In this document: positions 12,819 through 27,200 of the stretch, piece after piece
Layout of the letters: each line of letters opens with the position of its first letter
Numbering within the stretch: position 1 is the first letter of the stretch
Source of the DNA: Chiloscyllium plagiosum
Lineage: Eukaryota
Length of the DNA: 64,000 nucleotides
NCBI RefSeq assembly: GCF_004010195.1
Contig: NC_057719.1
Coordinates: forward strand, 88,005,352 to 88,069,351
Reading direction: 5' to 3'
The notes under the pieces: model-generated
Told to the model about the DNA's origin: nothing
Seen by the model: the letters and a program-made list of their open reading frames with translations, nothing else
Database searches by the model: none
Program-made: the position numbers and the translations under genes

Positions 12819-14204
12819 CTCACCTGGGTTTTCAGGTTGATTTTTATTGCCAGCCTCTACTCCAGATGTGCAGCCTTAACTGAAAGTAGAGATAATTATT
12901 CGAGTGATGCTGTTGTTCAGAGAGGGATTCCAGTGAATCTCTTGCATAAAGCTTCCAGCGTAGCTGCATTGATTGCAATGGGAACACAAATTTACACTTG
13001 CTTCATTGGTGTTATTTGGGAAAGACTTGTAGAAAATCTGCATGGTATAAGCCGCTGCAATATGTTTTAGACAGGGGTTATGTGTGTATAATGTAGAGCA
13101 GTATTTAAGCACTATTAGGAGAGGGAGTCAGTAGCTGCTTAAACTCTCATTCGGTACTATCATTGCTGATCTTCTGTCTCAACACCACTTCCCATGTCCC
13201 TTGATTCTGTGAAACACAGTATTCATCTAACTCAACTTTGAATGTACTCAATGAAATATTCCTAATCATCTAGGGTAGGGAATTCCAAAGGTTCACAACT
13301 GAGTTTCTCCTCTCATTCATGAATGATCGACACCTTATCCTGAGATTGTGCCCCCATATGAGATTTACCAGCCAAGGGAAGCCAACCTTAGTATCTACCC
13401 TGTCAAGCCCCTCCTTATAGACTGGGTCTACACGGTTTACTCAGTCTCTTATCTCGGGGATTAACTTAGTGAACCTTTGTTTTAGTGCTCCCAATGTAAG
13501 TATATTCTCCCTTCAATACGGACAGCGTATCTGTGCACAGTACTGAGTGATGCCTTATAAAAAACATTGTGCAATTGTCCTGAGATTCCTTTGCAATAAA
13601 GGCCAACACATGATTTGAATTCCTTATTGCTTGCTGGACTTGCATGATAACAGTGTATCTTGTACAACTACACCCAAATATTTTTGGATATCAATATTAA
13701 AAAGTGCCATGCCTTTTTGAAACGTCTTGATTTTCTATTATTATCAAAATAATTAATCTTCACTTTACTGCATTAAACTCCATGTATCACCTTGAAGACT
13801 TTCATTTAACTAGTCTATATCCCTTAACCTCTTGTCGTCCCCACAGTTTACATTTGCACGGTCTTTTATTAGCAAAAATGTAGATTATTACTTTTGATCT
13901 TGTATTTAAATTATTAAGATGGTTGTAAATATTTAAGACCACAGCATAGATCCTTGCAGCACCCCACTACACTAGTTGCAGACTACCAACTTGGAAATGC
14001 CCATTTATTCGTGCTGTCTGCTCGTACCGTAATCCAACACCATGAGCCCTTAATTTGTATAACTTTTGTGCGACCTCATTGAGGAGGTTTTGAGAACCAT
14101 CTATTATATCCCTGACCACCCATGTACAATAAATCTATCAAACATGTTTCCCTTTTATAAAGCATATTGGTTTTGTCTAGTCCATTGTTAATAGATTCTG
14201 TTAA

Positions 14205-14450
14205 AAGGTTATAGTCCAACAGGTTCATTTGAAAACACTAGCTTTCAGAGCGCTGCTCCTTTGTCAGGTAGCTAGTGGGGCAGGGTCATAGGACACAGAA
14301 TCTATTGCACTAGATCATAGTGTCATGCAACTGATATTATATATTGAACAAAGCTAGATTGCTGTTAAGTCTTTCATCTTTAGAATGGGTTGCAGGTTTT
14401 GATTCTTTAATGTGTAATTCCCAGATCTACTTTCAGTATTATTCCAGCAA
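14205..14450 (-). mobile_element. Penelope-like terminal fragment, family 2 (hammerhead-like motif)
   Basis: Minus strand: tac-ctgacaa-a-ggagc-agc-gctct-GAAA-gctag...aacctgttggactataacc. Confidence 0.6.
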
Positions 14451-14551
14451 GTGATATCAATTAACTGGCCTGTGCCTGGGACTGTTTTAAAATCTAGAGA
14501 ATTTTGGAATTTCATAAACCAGGCATTCGTTGTTTCTGGTTGTCTCTTTGT

Positions 14552-14870
14552 GGGCGGCACGGTGGCACAGTGGTTAGCACTGCTGCCTCACAGCGCCAGA
14601 GACCCGGGTTCAATTCCCGCCTCAGGCGACTGACTGTGTGGAGTTTGCACGTTCTCCCCGTGTCTGCGTGGGTTTCCTCCGGGTGCTCTGGTTTCCTCCC
14701 ACATCACAAAGCTGTGCAGGGTCAGGTGAATTGGCCATACTAAATTGCCCGTAGTGTTAGGTAAGGGGTAAATGTAGGGGTATGGGTGGGTTTCGCTTCG
14801 GCGGGTCGGTGTGGACTTGTTGGGCCGAAGGGCCTGTTTCCACACTGTAATCTAATCTAATCTAATCTAA
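14552..14870 (+). mobile_element. HE1-type V-SINE, young copy
   Basis: Full head, V-domain and tail ending in (TCTAA)4. Confidence 0.93.
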
Positions 14871-16389
14871 ATCTGGGTGGTTAGCCATGAAGATGTAGAA
14901 ATTCTACTTTTCGGTTGTAAGCTTTCCTTAATTTTTCTTTATTAATTACTTGAAGTTTCTCACTCTTATTTAGACTCTTTGTTACTCTCTCTTCTGGTAT
15001 GCAATTTACGTTCTCTGCTAAGAGAACTATTATGATTCTAGAGTGTACGGCTAACCTTATTATTAGGGACTGGTTACCTTTAAATTCTATAAAGAGTCAG
15101 ATCCAGAAGACTTGCTGAGAGACTAAAGCCATAAGGTTCCATGGATTGAAAGATGATCTTACTTTGCATTACAGCTTGTTTAGTAATCCATATAATATAT
15201 ATAACTTAATCTAACATTCAGAATTAACGTGGTGAACGGGATTATATACTGTGATTGGGCACTCCACCTATCAAGTCAGATTGCACAGATTTCTCAGCAA
15301 TTCACTCCATCAAATCCCATTCATACATCTGAACATAGACAGATTCAGCATCCACTGCCTTTTAAGGAAGGGAATTCGAAAGAACTTGACCCTCCGAGAG
15401 AGAGAGAGTATGTTTCCTCATCTCTGCTTTAAATGAGGAGCCACTTGTTTTTAAACTTCTGGATACAAAAGGAGGCAACCTTTCCCACACCACCTGTTAT
15501 GTCTCCTTATTTGAATAAGTCCTCTCTGGTTCTTATCTTCAGAGGATGTAGACCTATCCTTTCCTCAAGGCATTCTGCAATTCCAGCTATTAATCTATGT
15601 AAACCTGTTTTGAACTACTTCCAATGTGTTAACATCCTTCTGCAAGTATGGTGGACAGTACTATATGCAATGCTCCAGGTGTGCTGTTTCCTCTATTGAT
15701 TTTTTTCCCCTGAAGTGACCAGTTGAAAACTTTGCAGTAAGATGTTTCTTATTGCTAGCCAGAATTGTATGATGCCACCAAATTTTTTTGCAACTGCTGG
15801 TTTCATGGCTGGCCACCTTCCCCTTTTTAAATTGTGCAGCTGCTCGGAGGGTCTGCAGAGCTATGACTTCCTGTTTCAGAAGTCGCTGCCGGGCATGGAC
15901 CCTGAAAGTCTGCACAGTAGAGTAAAATTAACAGTTTAAATGTCTGGTTTGCTCAGACAAAGTAAATGGATATAACTAGGGGATTTCATCACGTGACAAG
16001 CATAAGTTTTGTTTCAGTTTACTTCTGTTAATCCCCTTTTTTTTTTTAGACCATAAAAAGTCTCATCTGTTTTTATGTTCCTGCCTAAGTTACTCTCATT
16101 TTACTTATTCCCTTTTATTAGCTATTGGGTGCCTTTTAATGACTTCTGAAACCTCTCAATCCTCAGGGTTTTGCTACTTTTTGCAATAGTACAGCTTTTT
16201 TTAAACATCTGTAATATAATCCCTAACTTTTGTGGAAGCTTAGATCTTTCTTGCTGAGCTTCTGTTTTAGGATGTATGTTTGTTGAACATTTTGAATTGT
16301 TTGAGTCTCATTGTTATTGTACTGCAATACCCTTTTAGTCTACTTACCTGAACAACTCTAGCCAGCTCTTTCTTAAGTAATTCATTTTA

Positions 16390-16920
16390 CATAAGAGCCA
16401 GGAGCAAGCAATTTAACCCCTAGAACCTGCTCCACCACTCAATTTGTTTGTGGCTGATCTCATCCTCAATTCCACTTTCCCACCCACTCGTCATAATTCA
16501 TTAGTAATTACAAATCTGTCTACTTAAGTGTTCCGATTTCCCTCTACTGTGGTAGTGAATTCCACAGATTCACATTCCTTTGAGAGAAGTAATTCCTCCT
16601 CCTCTCCATTTTAAATATGCAGCCTCTTCGTCTAAAACTATGACTTCTTGTTCTAGATTGTCCCGAAAGAGGAAACATCCGTTTTCCATCTGTCTATTTT
16701 GACTATCCCCTTAGCTGCTTATATACATGAATTAGATCTCCTCTCATCCTTTAAAACTCTTGAGTATAGTCCTGAACTGCTGTATCTTATAAGACAAACT
16801 TTTAATCTTTGGAATTAATCTAGTGAACTTTCTCTGAACTGTCTCCAATGCAATTACATCTTCCTCAAGGGGACCAGAACTGTATACAGTACTCCAGATA
16901 TGGTCTCATCGATGCCTTAT
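16390..16920 (-). mobile_element. Old CR1 LINE 3' fragment
   Basis: Degenerate CR1 3' region (ccagaactgtatacagtactccag, gaattccacagattcac). Confidence 0.55.
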
Positions 16921-17744
16921 TTTCCGTGTTACTTTTGCGAATTTGATTTGTCCAGTCTATATGGATATTAAAATTGCCTTTAAGTTTAGATTACCTTTAT
17001 TACAAACTCCAATTATTTCTTGCGTAATGTTTTTTTCTAATGATATGATATACCTATGACCTCTAACTCCCCTCTACTCCTATCACTGTACCAATGTTTG
17101 ATGCATCCTGCTAACTTCAACATAAAGTGCAAAAATGAAACAGAAATACCTGCCAACTTATCGCCTACCTGCTGTCATGGGATGACATTCCTTTATTTTG
17201 TCAATCTTGAAATTTGGTAGGGCTGGAGGGAGATGGAACAGTGAAGCCAGAGTATGAGGCATTTGGCCGGAGCGGGGGGGAGGTGGGGGTTGGGGGAGAG
17301 GTTTGAAATAGGTTCTGCTGCGTGATTGACATCAGGGACTGTTGTGAGATGGAGTAACCTGTGTGGAGTGGAGGTGTGGGCAATGCTTTTAGGAAGAGTG
17401 ACATATGGAGACCTTGTCTGACACTTGTAGGATATAAAATTATATTTCTACAAAATAACTTAAACAGATTTTCATATTTAATGTCATGTGATACAATGTA
17501 ATTGTATTGAATGTTATTAGTGCTGTAATACTGTTCTGTTTTTGATGTCTGGGAAGGGTCACATTAGTTTTTAAGATCTTTAGGTACTTTTACATGGGAT
17601 GTGGAATTGCTGGGAAGTCCAGTGTTTATTGCCCATATCTAATTAGCACTAGAAATACTAGTGACTTAAAATGGACTTGCATGAGGAAAGTAGTTTGCAA
17701 AGCCCTATCGTAGTCCCTCACTTCACTCCAGTCAGCAGGCTATG

Positions 17745-18080
17745 GAAACCTGCCAGTTTCCTCATTTCCCCTCCCTCCCACCTTATCACAGATCCAACCT
17801 TCCAACTCGGCACCGCCCTCATGACCTGCTCTACCTGTCCATTTTCCTTCCCACGTTTCCGCTCCACCCTCCCCTCTGACCTCTCACTATTACCCCCACC
17901 TCCATCACCTATTGCACTCTTAGCTACCTTCCTCTCCAGCCCCACCCCTCTCCCATTTAGCTCTCCAACCGTAGGTTCCCAGCCTCCTTCCTGATGAAGG
18001 GCTTTTGCCTGAAATGTCGATTCTCCTGCTCCTTGGATGCTGCCTGACTTGCTGTGCTTTTCCAGCACCACGTTCTCGAC
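17745..18080 (+). mobile_element. Penelope-like 3' terminal fragment with hammerhead-like core, ~110 bp upstream of exon 2
   Basis: C-rich spacer, then CTGATGA(17991)-a-gggc-tttt-gcct-GAAA-tgtc-gattctcctgctcc... Confidence 0.8.
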
Positions 18081-18186
18081 TCATACTACCTGAGTGTCTG
18101 CACCTCTCCTATGGTTGTGTGTGCATGTGCAATGTGCAAACGAGAAATACATTAAGTGATACATCTTGTTTTCTCAACTCATTTAG

Positions 18187-18297
18187 GAATTGCTGTCATT
18201 GGCTAAGAGGAAACGGAGTGAGCCAGAACAGCAGGAGCAGCAGGCAAGCAAACCATCAGCATCATCAGATTCGGAAACCTCAGACAGTGGCGATGAG
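18187..18297 (+). CDS. RTF1: RTF1 exon 2 ([37 protein letters not shown])
   Basis: tttag|GAA ... GAG|gtgag; 111 nt, phase 0/0. Confidence 0.93.
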
Positions 18298-21200
18298 GTG
18301 AGCTATATACTTTTATTTCTCAATTTTTGAACAGGTCATGTGTGATTTCCCTGACTATACAGGGAGAGGGGATTCCCTTCAGTGTATTACAAATGTGAAA
18401 ATGGCAAGTTCCCTCTACATTTTGGGCGGCACGGTGGCACAGTGGTTAGCACTGCTGCCTCGCAGCGCTAGAGACCCGGGTTCAATTCCCGCTTCAGGTG
18501 ACTGACTGTGTGGAGTTTGCACGTTCTCCCCGTGTCTGCGTGGGTTTCCTCTGGGTGCTCCGGTTTCCTCCCACAGTCCAAAGATGTGCAGGTCAGGTGA
18601 ATTGGCCATGCTAAATTGTCCGTAGTGTTAGGTAAGGGGTGGGTTACGCTTCGGCGGGTCGTTGTGGACTTGTGGGGCCGAAGGGCCTGTTTCCACACTG
18701 TAAAGTAATCTAATCTAATCTAATTTATAACTACTACCACTCTAGCTCTATAATGCACAGTATTGTTGGTGTGTTATGGATGTCATGATGTGGAGGTGCT
18801 GGTGTTGGACTAGGGTGGACAAGGTTTAAAAAAAATCACAACACTAGGTTATAGTCCAACAGGTTTATTTGGCAGAATCTGTCCTATGATTCTACTCCAC
18901 TAGCTACCTGATAAAGGCACAGTGCTCCAAAAGCTTGTACTTCCAAATAAACCTGTTGGGCTATGACCTGATGTTGTGAGATTTTTAACTTTGTTATGCA
19001 TGTGTCAAGAATATGTTAGTATTTGTAGCAGGCTTGGGCTGTAATGTGCAGTGGGATCGTTCCATGCCCGTCAGGGTCACTGCGCAATCAAAGACCTAGT
19101 ACAGTCATCTCTCTGCCATGTCCTCCCTCCCCTCCGAGAGAGAACTTCAAGTCTCGGGCCGCTCTGATGGAGGCCTTGATGCAGGACCAGCCTCTGCAAG
19201 CTAATGATTGGGTTAGCATACAACAACCAAGACTCCTTTCTAAAACAAAAGTCAACTGACCCTTGGTTGGTGCTGTAACACATAATCAAAACATCATCAG
19301 AAACTTTAAGTAAAAAAAAATAAATTATCATTGCCACTGGTGGTGATGAACTATTTTTTTTAAAAAAAGTAACAGCAATGGTTTTGACAGTCCCTGTTGG
19401 GGAACTGTAACACACAGCCAAGAGGTTGATGGAAACTTATCAAAGTTAAATCAAAATATTCTTACCAGGTGACGGTATGCTGCAGCTGTTCCTGGTCCCA
19501 AAGGCCTGTAATATTTAAATGAATTCTCTCTGCATGGGCACTCTAATGCAGACATAGCCACAGGAGAGGTGCAGACGGCAGGTAGTAAGATCTTCTCCAT
19601 AGCACGCTGCCTGGACCTGCTAATAGGAAAGCCTCTGATCCATACCATCTTTTTTTAAAATAAATCAGTGCATCCAAAGGTTTAAAAGCAGTCTCTCTTT
19701 TGTTTTAGGAAATAGGAATAGGGTTTGCATGTATAAACATTGAAAGCAAACATAAAAAACCATTTCCGTCAGACCGTAAGAACAAGAGGAGACGTTTGTC
19801 TTAAAATCAAGATGTTCTTTATTTATTGCATCATAGCAGTAGTTACAAATTATATTAATTAGACAATTATCTTTAATATTATCAAGGTTGACATTCTGGT
19901 CTTATTAGAATTTTGAATTGACTTGCCATTTTCCATCCAAGAATGTATGACATCATCAGATTAGGTGGAGCTTAATGCAGTATTAATCCTTTGAGAACCA
20001 TTGCCTTGTGCTAAACTCCACTCAATTTTTTTCTCTCCCATAGTTAAAATTGTACATTTGGCTATATAACTACATTTATATTTACCAGTACACCAGTTCT
20101 CCCCTTCGCACATTCAGGTAATTTGGAGATTTCACAGTTCTTCAAGTCATTATTTTCAGATTTACAAGATTAGTACATCTTTGGCTTGAGAATTGTGGAC
20201 CTTGATTCTAATGTGGACCTTGAACCATGATGTCTTGATGTTCCTCATTGAATTCATCCCAATTAAACTTCAGTGAATGGTTGCTCTGCAGTGAGATAAG
20301 GTTCCTGCTGATTCTTCATATAACCAAGATGCATCCATGTTAGTCCAGTGCCTCCTGGATGACTGTTCCATTCTCTGTATCAAATCTGCTGCCCCTGAAC
20401 CAGGTGTAGCAATTTTTTATGCACATTGATGTATATTAAAATTAGTACTCTGCTGTTTTAATTTTTTTTTAATTATTTTAAAATTTATCATCCAGTGGAC
20501 TCGGCATTTTTGGTAGGAAAGGGAATTGAGTTTTCAATTTTCTTTTCATCTAGAATTCTGACGGCAAGAAGCCATACTGAAGTGGGATAGACTTGTAATT
20601 TAACCAAGTTATAAGAGTCAGTGTTTTCTTCAAAAGAAATTTAAGTCTTTCAACTGTGCTGAACTTCCTCGTTTGGTTATATGTTCATATCTAGAAATGG
20701 CTATAAACTGGCAATTAGCAAACTGTGTTCCATTCTTGCATACAGCTGCTTTAGGAATCCCATGAGCATTGAACATTTCGTGCAAGGCCCTGATGACTGT
20801 TTCTTTGGTGGTGGTGTAATCTTTTTCACCTCTATATATTGTCGGCAATAAAGTAAGACCATCTGTAAATCACAAATAGATCTGTTCCCACTGTCTAGTG
20901 AGGATCAATGGCACTTTCTGCTCAGATTTGTGAATAACACAAGTTTCAAGGTTGACTATGCGGCTGTCAATCTCTTTTGAGATCCCTGGGTGCCACACTA
21001 AATGAGCCCTGGCTATATAACTGCTAATCTCCATGCCTTTGTAAAATCTACCTTACTGTCCTGTTTTGACACCATCACCTTTATCACAAATGACATCTCT
21101 AACCTTTTTTGTACAGTTTTCGATTACTTCTTACTTTGGGTAGATCCTGGCAGGAGACTTATATTTATCATGTTAGTTCAATCATATGGTTTGTCTCCAG

Positions 21201-24200
21201 CACCACCTTATCTTTAACTTTTTCTAATTATCTCTCTGCCTCAATTAATCGGATTGTAGGCCATCCCTTCACTGTCAGTCAGCTGTTGGCACTTTACTCA
21301 CACTGTCTGATGCTGTTGATCACCTGCAGAGACCTATTACTTGGTTTATTGAGTCTCGCTCACACCATTTATATGATCTTTTGATCTCCGATTATAAAAT
21401 CTGTGCTGGGTGCTCTCTTCACTTCTTCCGATGAAGGGGCAGTGCTCAGAAAGCTTGTGATTTCAAACAAACCTGTTGGTGTATAACCTGCTGTCGTGTG
21501 ACTTTTCATCTTGTCCACCTCAGTCCAACACTCGCACTTCCATGTTATAAGCTCCAAATGACCATGTCTAGGATGTTGTCCCACAGTGAAGTTGGAATGA
21601 CTGGCCCTTCATCAGATGTCACCTATAATGGTGACATGCTGTTGATCTTCGATCTAATCACCTTATGAGCCGAAACCCACAAGTAGCAGCGTGTTCTCAG
21701 TCTTTTGTTCCTGTCAGACTTAACTGAGAATCTTGGGTTGCTGCTCACTGTATTGCTGTGGGCCTGTGTATGCGATTTAGTTTCACTAAAGAATTCTTTA
21801 TCAAGTGTTGTAAGGTTTTCGACAGTTCTTTGGGAGGGTCCATCCATTGTATTTTGTATCTCCGCCAGCACACCCATTGTCTGCCTTTTAGATCTTAGAA
21901 TATCATAGACTCCCTACAGTGTGGAAACAGGCCATTTGGCCCAACAAGTCTACACCAACCCTCTGAAGAGTAACCCACCCAGACCCATTTCCCTCCACTA
22001 TTACTCTATATTTACCCCTGACTAATGCACCTAACCTACACATCCCTGAACTCTATGGGCAAGTTAGGTTTGTCAATTCACTAACCTGCACATCTTTGGA
22101 TTGTGGGAGGAAATCCATGCAGACACTGGGAGAATGTGAAAACTCCACGCAGACAGTCACCCAAGGCCGGGATTGAACCTGGGTCCCTGGCGCTGTGAGA
22201 CAGCAGTGCTAATTACTGAGGCACCATGCTGCCCCTTTAGACAGAGCCAGAACTTTGTGGAGGCACCTCTTTCCATTATACACACAGAATTGGTGAATAC
22301 AGTTGTTTATGATCTGTTGCTGAGGAATTTTAGGTGAAGGATGTAGTCTGAAAAACCTTGTGCACCCATGTGACAGAGAGCCTCCTTTTCTGTAACAAGT
22401 CTCCCTTGTTCCTAGAGGTGGGTGATTTACATGTGATTTGGGTAGCAGGGAAGAAAATCCTTTGGTTTGCGAGTCTCTCTGGAGTGATTCTTAACATCTA
22501 ATCACTGCATTGATACACTTCTGCAAAAGGAACATTGGAGACACAGATCCACATAAACTAACCATACTTCATGATGCTAAACTGTCAGGGTATTGTAGCC
22601 AGCAGTAGATGCCAGGTGTTCACAGTTAAGCTAAGATACTTCAGAATGCCACAAGTTAGTTTTGGTTGTATCCTTTTAATGGGCCTTGTACACCTGGATG
22701 TTTTCATTGCACAAAGAGCTGTTCATCAGATATTCTGCAGTTGATAACATCTTTCAATTGTCAACCTTTCGATGCTCACCCTTGTTATTTATCATTGCAG
22801 AGTTTCAGTTCACTTAGCAAGTGAAGCTAGTTTTAACTTGCTGAGAGTGCTGCTTTCAGTTTAATCGCCATTTCTCTATCCTATGTTTCAGCAGTGATAT
22901 GTTTGAGTGCTGGGTGTTGCAAAACCCTTTCCAAATCCATGGGCTAATGGAATGGTCAATGACCCATAGGTGTTTTGGTCAGTCTTGAGCTGCATCTAAG
23001 TTTGTGCCTACAAGGACACAGGATGCTCAATGCTAAAAATTAAAAACGTGTCTGTGTATATGGCATATTCCAGTCTAAGTGTTAAAGCACATTGTTAGGT
23101 CGAGGGAACTTGAGTTTTAGTTAAGAGTATGTTTTCCTTTTCAGTGGACAGTGGGAGGCAGCAAGACCAAAAAGAAGGGAAAAGGCAAGGGTGTGGAGAA
23201 GAAAACGGCCACCAAGAGAGCGGTAAACAAAGCAGCGTCATCAGGCAGCTCAGCGGAGGATAGTTCTGGTGATAGCTCTGCACCAGAGGAAGGTAAATAA
23301 TTTGAATCCTGTGGTAAACTTATTTCTTCACTCTCCAAAAAAGAAAAGCAAAATATAATTAATTGTTGGTTTGATTTCAATATGACAGCTGCGCACTAAT
23401 TCCTGACCATCTGTCACTACTTTCACAAGGGCATCAGAGTAAGTAGAATGTGTATCAGGCATTGTGCAAGGCCATGAGTGGATGAGGGTTAGAAGTTAGT
23501 GACACACAAGGGGTTGAGTGGATGAAGGTGAGATGTCACGTAGAGGATGTGTGTGGGAAGTGGGTATTTTAGAATCGGGGTATACATTTTTTTTAAAGTC
23601 TCCCATTTTACATTGAGTTATGGTGAAACGTTTTATTTCGGATGGTTATGGCGTTCGTTTCCAAAAAGCAAGGGAGGAAAGGATTTTGAATAGTTTTAAG
23701 ACTAAGTGAAATTCTTTATAGTTCATGGAATCCAAAGGTGTAGTGGGGTAGATAGGAAAGTGGAATTCAGGCCAAAATCAGATCAGATTAAATCAGATAT
23801 TATCAAATGGCAGAACAGACTCAAGGGTCTGAATGGCCGAATCTTCTCTCAATTCTTATGTTCATATGGTTCCTACAGCAGGAAGAGTGGTAAATAACTA
23901 TGTCCATGATAAGCTAGTGGTTCTAATTGATTCCATCTATTACTGCTGCAACAGCTCACTGCAGGGTGTCACAGACAAGTTCTGGATCTTCACATTCAGC
24001 TGCTTTCATGGGCATCAGGAATTGCCATCAATTATACAGAGTAACAACAGAATACTGATAATCTTGCTGTTATTATCAGAAATGCTGGATGTTGCTTTGT
24101 CACACTCAGTGTTGTATAAATGTAACATTAGTTCTGTCACCACCCACAACCCTGACTCATCTCCATTGTAGTGCTTCACTTGTGTAGATGTTTTTTGGTG

Positions 24201-27200
24201 ATTAAGTCACTCATTTGAAATTTCAGGAGAAGTTTCTGATTCGGAAAGCAGTAGCTCATCTTCAAGCTCAGAATCTTCATCCTCGTCAGAGGAGGAGGAG
24301 TTTCATGATGGCTATGACGATGATTTCATGGGTGATGAAGAGGATCGTGCAAGATTGGAACAAATGACTGAGAAAGAACGAGAGCAGGAACTGTATAATC
24401 GAATTGAGAAAAGAGAAGTGCTACGGAGGAGGTGAGATTCTCTGCCTGTGGTCAAACTTTTTCTCTCTCCTATTGTCTTCATTAGAGGATTAAATGTGAC
24501 TTGATGAAGCTTCCAGAAGATGTAACACCTAGTAATTGTGGCAGGTGTTATATTGGGGCAGGGAATGTCTTGTTGAACATTAGAGCTGGCCAGTATTGAG
24601 TGAATCATACATTCAGCAAGTACTGATGCTTGGGCATGTAGGAAATGGTTTTGAGTGGCACTGAAAACTCTATTGAAGTTTCAGCTCTTGTAATTAAAGT
24701 TCTACACTGTCTGACCATGCATCAGTAAGGGAGAATTTCACCCTCCTGCATGGACATTGGGTAATGATATGGTTACACAAACTGATATAATCCTGTGCAC
24801 CTTAGAGATGCTAGGACCAATTATCATGTCACTGCGTTGTTGTGACATGGGCATAACCAGCAAAACCAAATATGCCTGTCGTGGATTCACAACACAGTGA
24901 ATTAAAACATTTAATGACCTTCCAACTGCGCAATTTTTCCTGCCTAGACTTTACAAATAACAAATCTTGCACATTAAGTTTATAACTTGAGAAGTTAATT
25001 TATTAATAATATAATGTTTTAGTAGAACGTAAGCAACAACCCAAATTTTTTTATCATAATCTCCACTTTCTCTCACAGACATCAAGTTAATTGTTACATT
25101 TTTTAAAAATAATAACTAGCAAGTTGCAAATAAACAGTTTTAAGTGATCGACGCCAGGCCATTGTTAAATCCTTGGACAATGAGTTGTTCATGGAAATGT
25201 AGAACTGTACATCATGAATTTCCATGTCATTGGTTAATGCAAACAGTTTAATTAGACTCCCAGAAATATATGCTTGTTTGTTACATACTGGGATTCTGTT
25301 CACTGAATGTTCACTAATTTGATAGCTGAATAGAAAAACTAAAGAAAGAGAGAAAAACACAATCAGGCAAAAAGGAGAGAATTATTACTGCTGAGTGTTT
25401 GCCTAACTAGCAGGTCTGGAGTCCTCTTTTGCCCGAAACATCGATTTTCCTGTTCCTCGGATGCTGCCTGACCTGCTGTGCTTTTCCAGGACCACTCTAA
25501 TCTAACTTGGGAGAGGCTAGCCTGACTTCCTCAGTTAGACCCCATTTTGCATGAATGAATATCAGGCATCTAAAATTAGCCACCTTGACCAATGCTTCAC
25601 CTTTTGATGATGGGTAGGTAAAGTGCATGTTGTAGACATGGGTTATTGAATTGGATTGAAACTGAGTGTGATACCAATTTGGTTGATGAGATTTGTTTGC
25701 GTCTGAGCTGTAATGTGCGTGGTACAGATTAGCTGAGCCCGTTGCCCACCACTCTGAATTTTGGACTTAACTGGCAATCAAGGATTTCTTCCAATCTGTT
25801 GACAGGTTTGAAATTGAAAAGAAGCTGAAGGCAGCAAAGAAGAAAGAAAAGAAAGAGAAGAAGAAGAAGATGGAGGAAGAGCGAGAGAAAAAGATGCAGC
25901 AGATCCAAGAGTCTCAGGTATTTTGTAGAAGCCTTGTCCAATCTGAAGGTGCTTTCCACATTTACCATACACTCATTAACATGTTGGCTGTTGGTAGATT
26001 TGGACAGAGGACAACTGTGTTATCAAATTTCTTTTTCACTTGATTACCACAAACTGCTAACCAAAGTGGGATGTCAAGTAATCCTTTAGAGTATCCTGGA
26101 TACAGTCAAAATGAACTGCTTCAGCTGCCCTCTCACTGTCAGGGAACCTGTAGATTCAGTGCCTTGGTTTCAGCCAGATGATAAGTTGGTTAGCACTGGC
26201 CTTCGTGTTTAGCCAAAAGAAGGTGGTGAATGAACTCCATATACCTGCAGGTACGATGTGTACACCGTCAGGCTTACATGAAGAGGATGGATAGCATCTC
26301 TGGGGTGGTTAACCAGTAGATGGTGAGCGCCATCAGGGTAAGAGCAGCTAAAGAAAGGCTGTTTTGAACTGAAGGACGAGGAATTATTCTTGAGGATGTG
26401 AAGTTGCTAAACTGGTTAAGGTCGATAAGATTGATTAACAAGGAAATGAGTGCCTCCCAAGGACCCGGCTGAAGTGTATTTGTCGTTTAGGTGATGTCGC
26501 ACAACAAAGAGCGGCGATCAAAAAGGGATGAGAAACAGGATAAGAAGTCTCAGGCAATGGAGGAGCTGAAAGCTGAACGAGAGAAAAAGAAAAACAAGAC
26601 AGGTAAGAAATGCAGTGGCTGCAGGCCAACCAGCTGATAGTTCAAAACGAGATCCAATGAGCTTAATGTTTTGATGGAGAATGAACCACACTACCACCTT
26701 GTTTTTCAGACTTGAATGTCTCCATGACCTTGAATGTCTCACATCAAATTGTAACCTATTCAGTGATGGGGAGAGCATTTTGCTCTTGAATTCTTCTTTG
26801 TTTTTCAGTTTTGTGCAGAATTTTTTAAATCTTCAAATTCTGTGCACTATGTTCTTGTTGGCTTCAGTGAGAATATTGTAGATGTCAGCGCAACTGTTTG
26901 TTTAAGGGGAACTGCAAGCTACCTGCCTATTCTGGGCTCTGTAGCTAGATCCATCTCCTTCACCAAGACCATTCCCCCACTAAGTACCTCCTCCACAACA
27001 GCCTAGACATCATCAGCAACTTGCATTTATTTCAATCTTTTAACACGAGGAAATCGTCCCAAAATACTACTTGGCTACAGTAGCAGGAAAAAAAATTCCA
27101 GCAATGTCTAGTGATAAATAAGGAAACAAATCCTAGCCTTTGACTTCAAAGGATAAATTGTAAACTTGACTAAAATATGTTTGTGTGAAGATTTTGACTG

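Noticed and set aside
19044..19259. 71-aa ORF in CpG-containing intron 2 sequence as a cryptic exon
   Set aside because: RTF1 exons 2 and 3 join in phase without it, there is no clear donor and no recognisable homology. It may be part of an LTR-element remnant.
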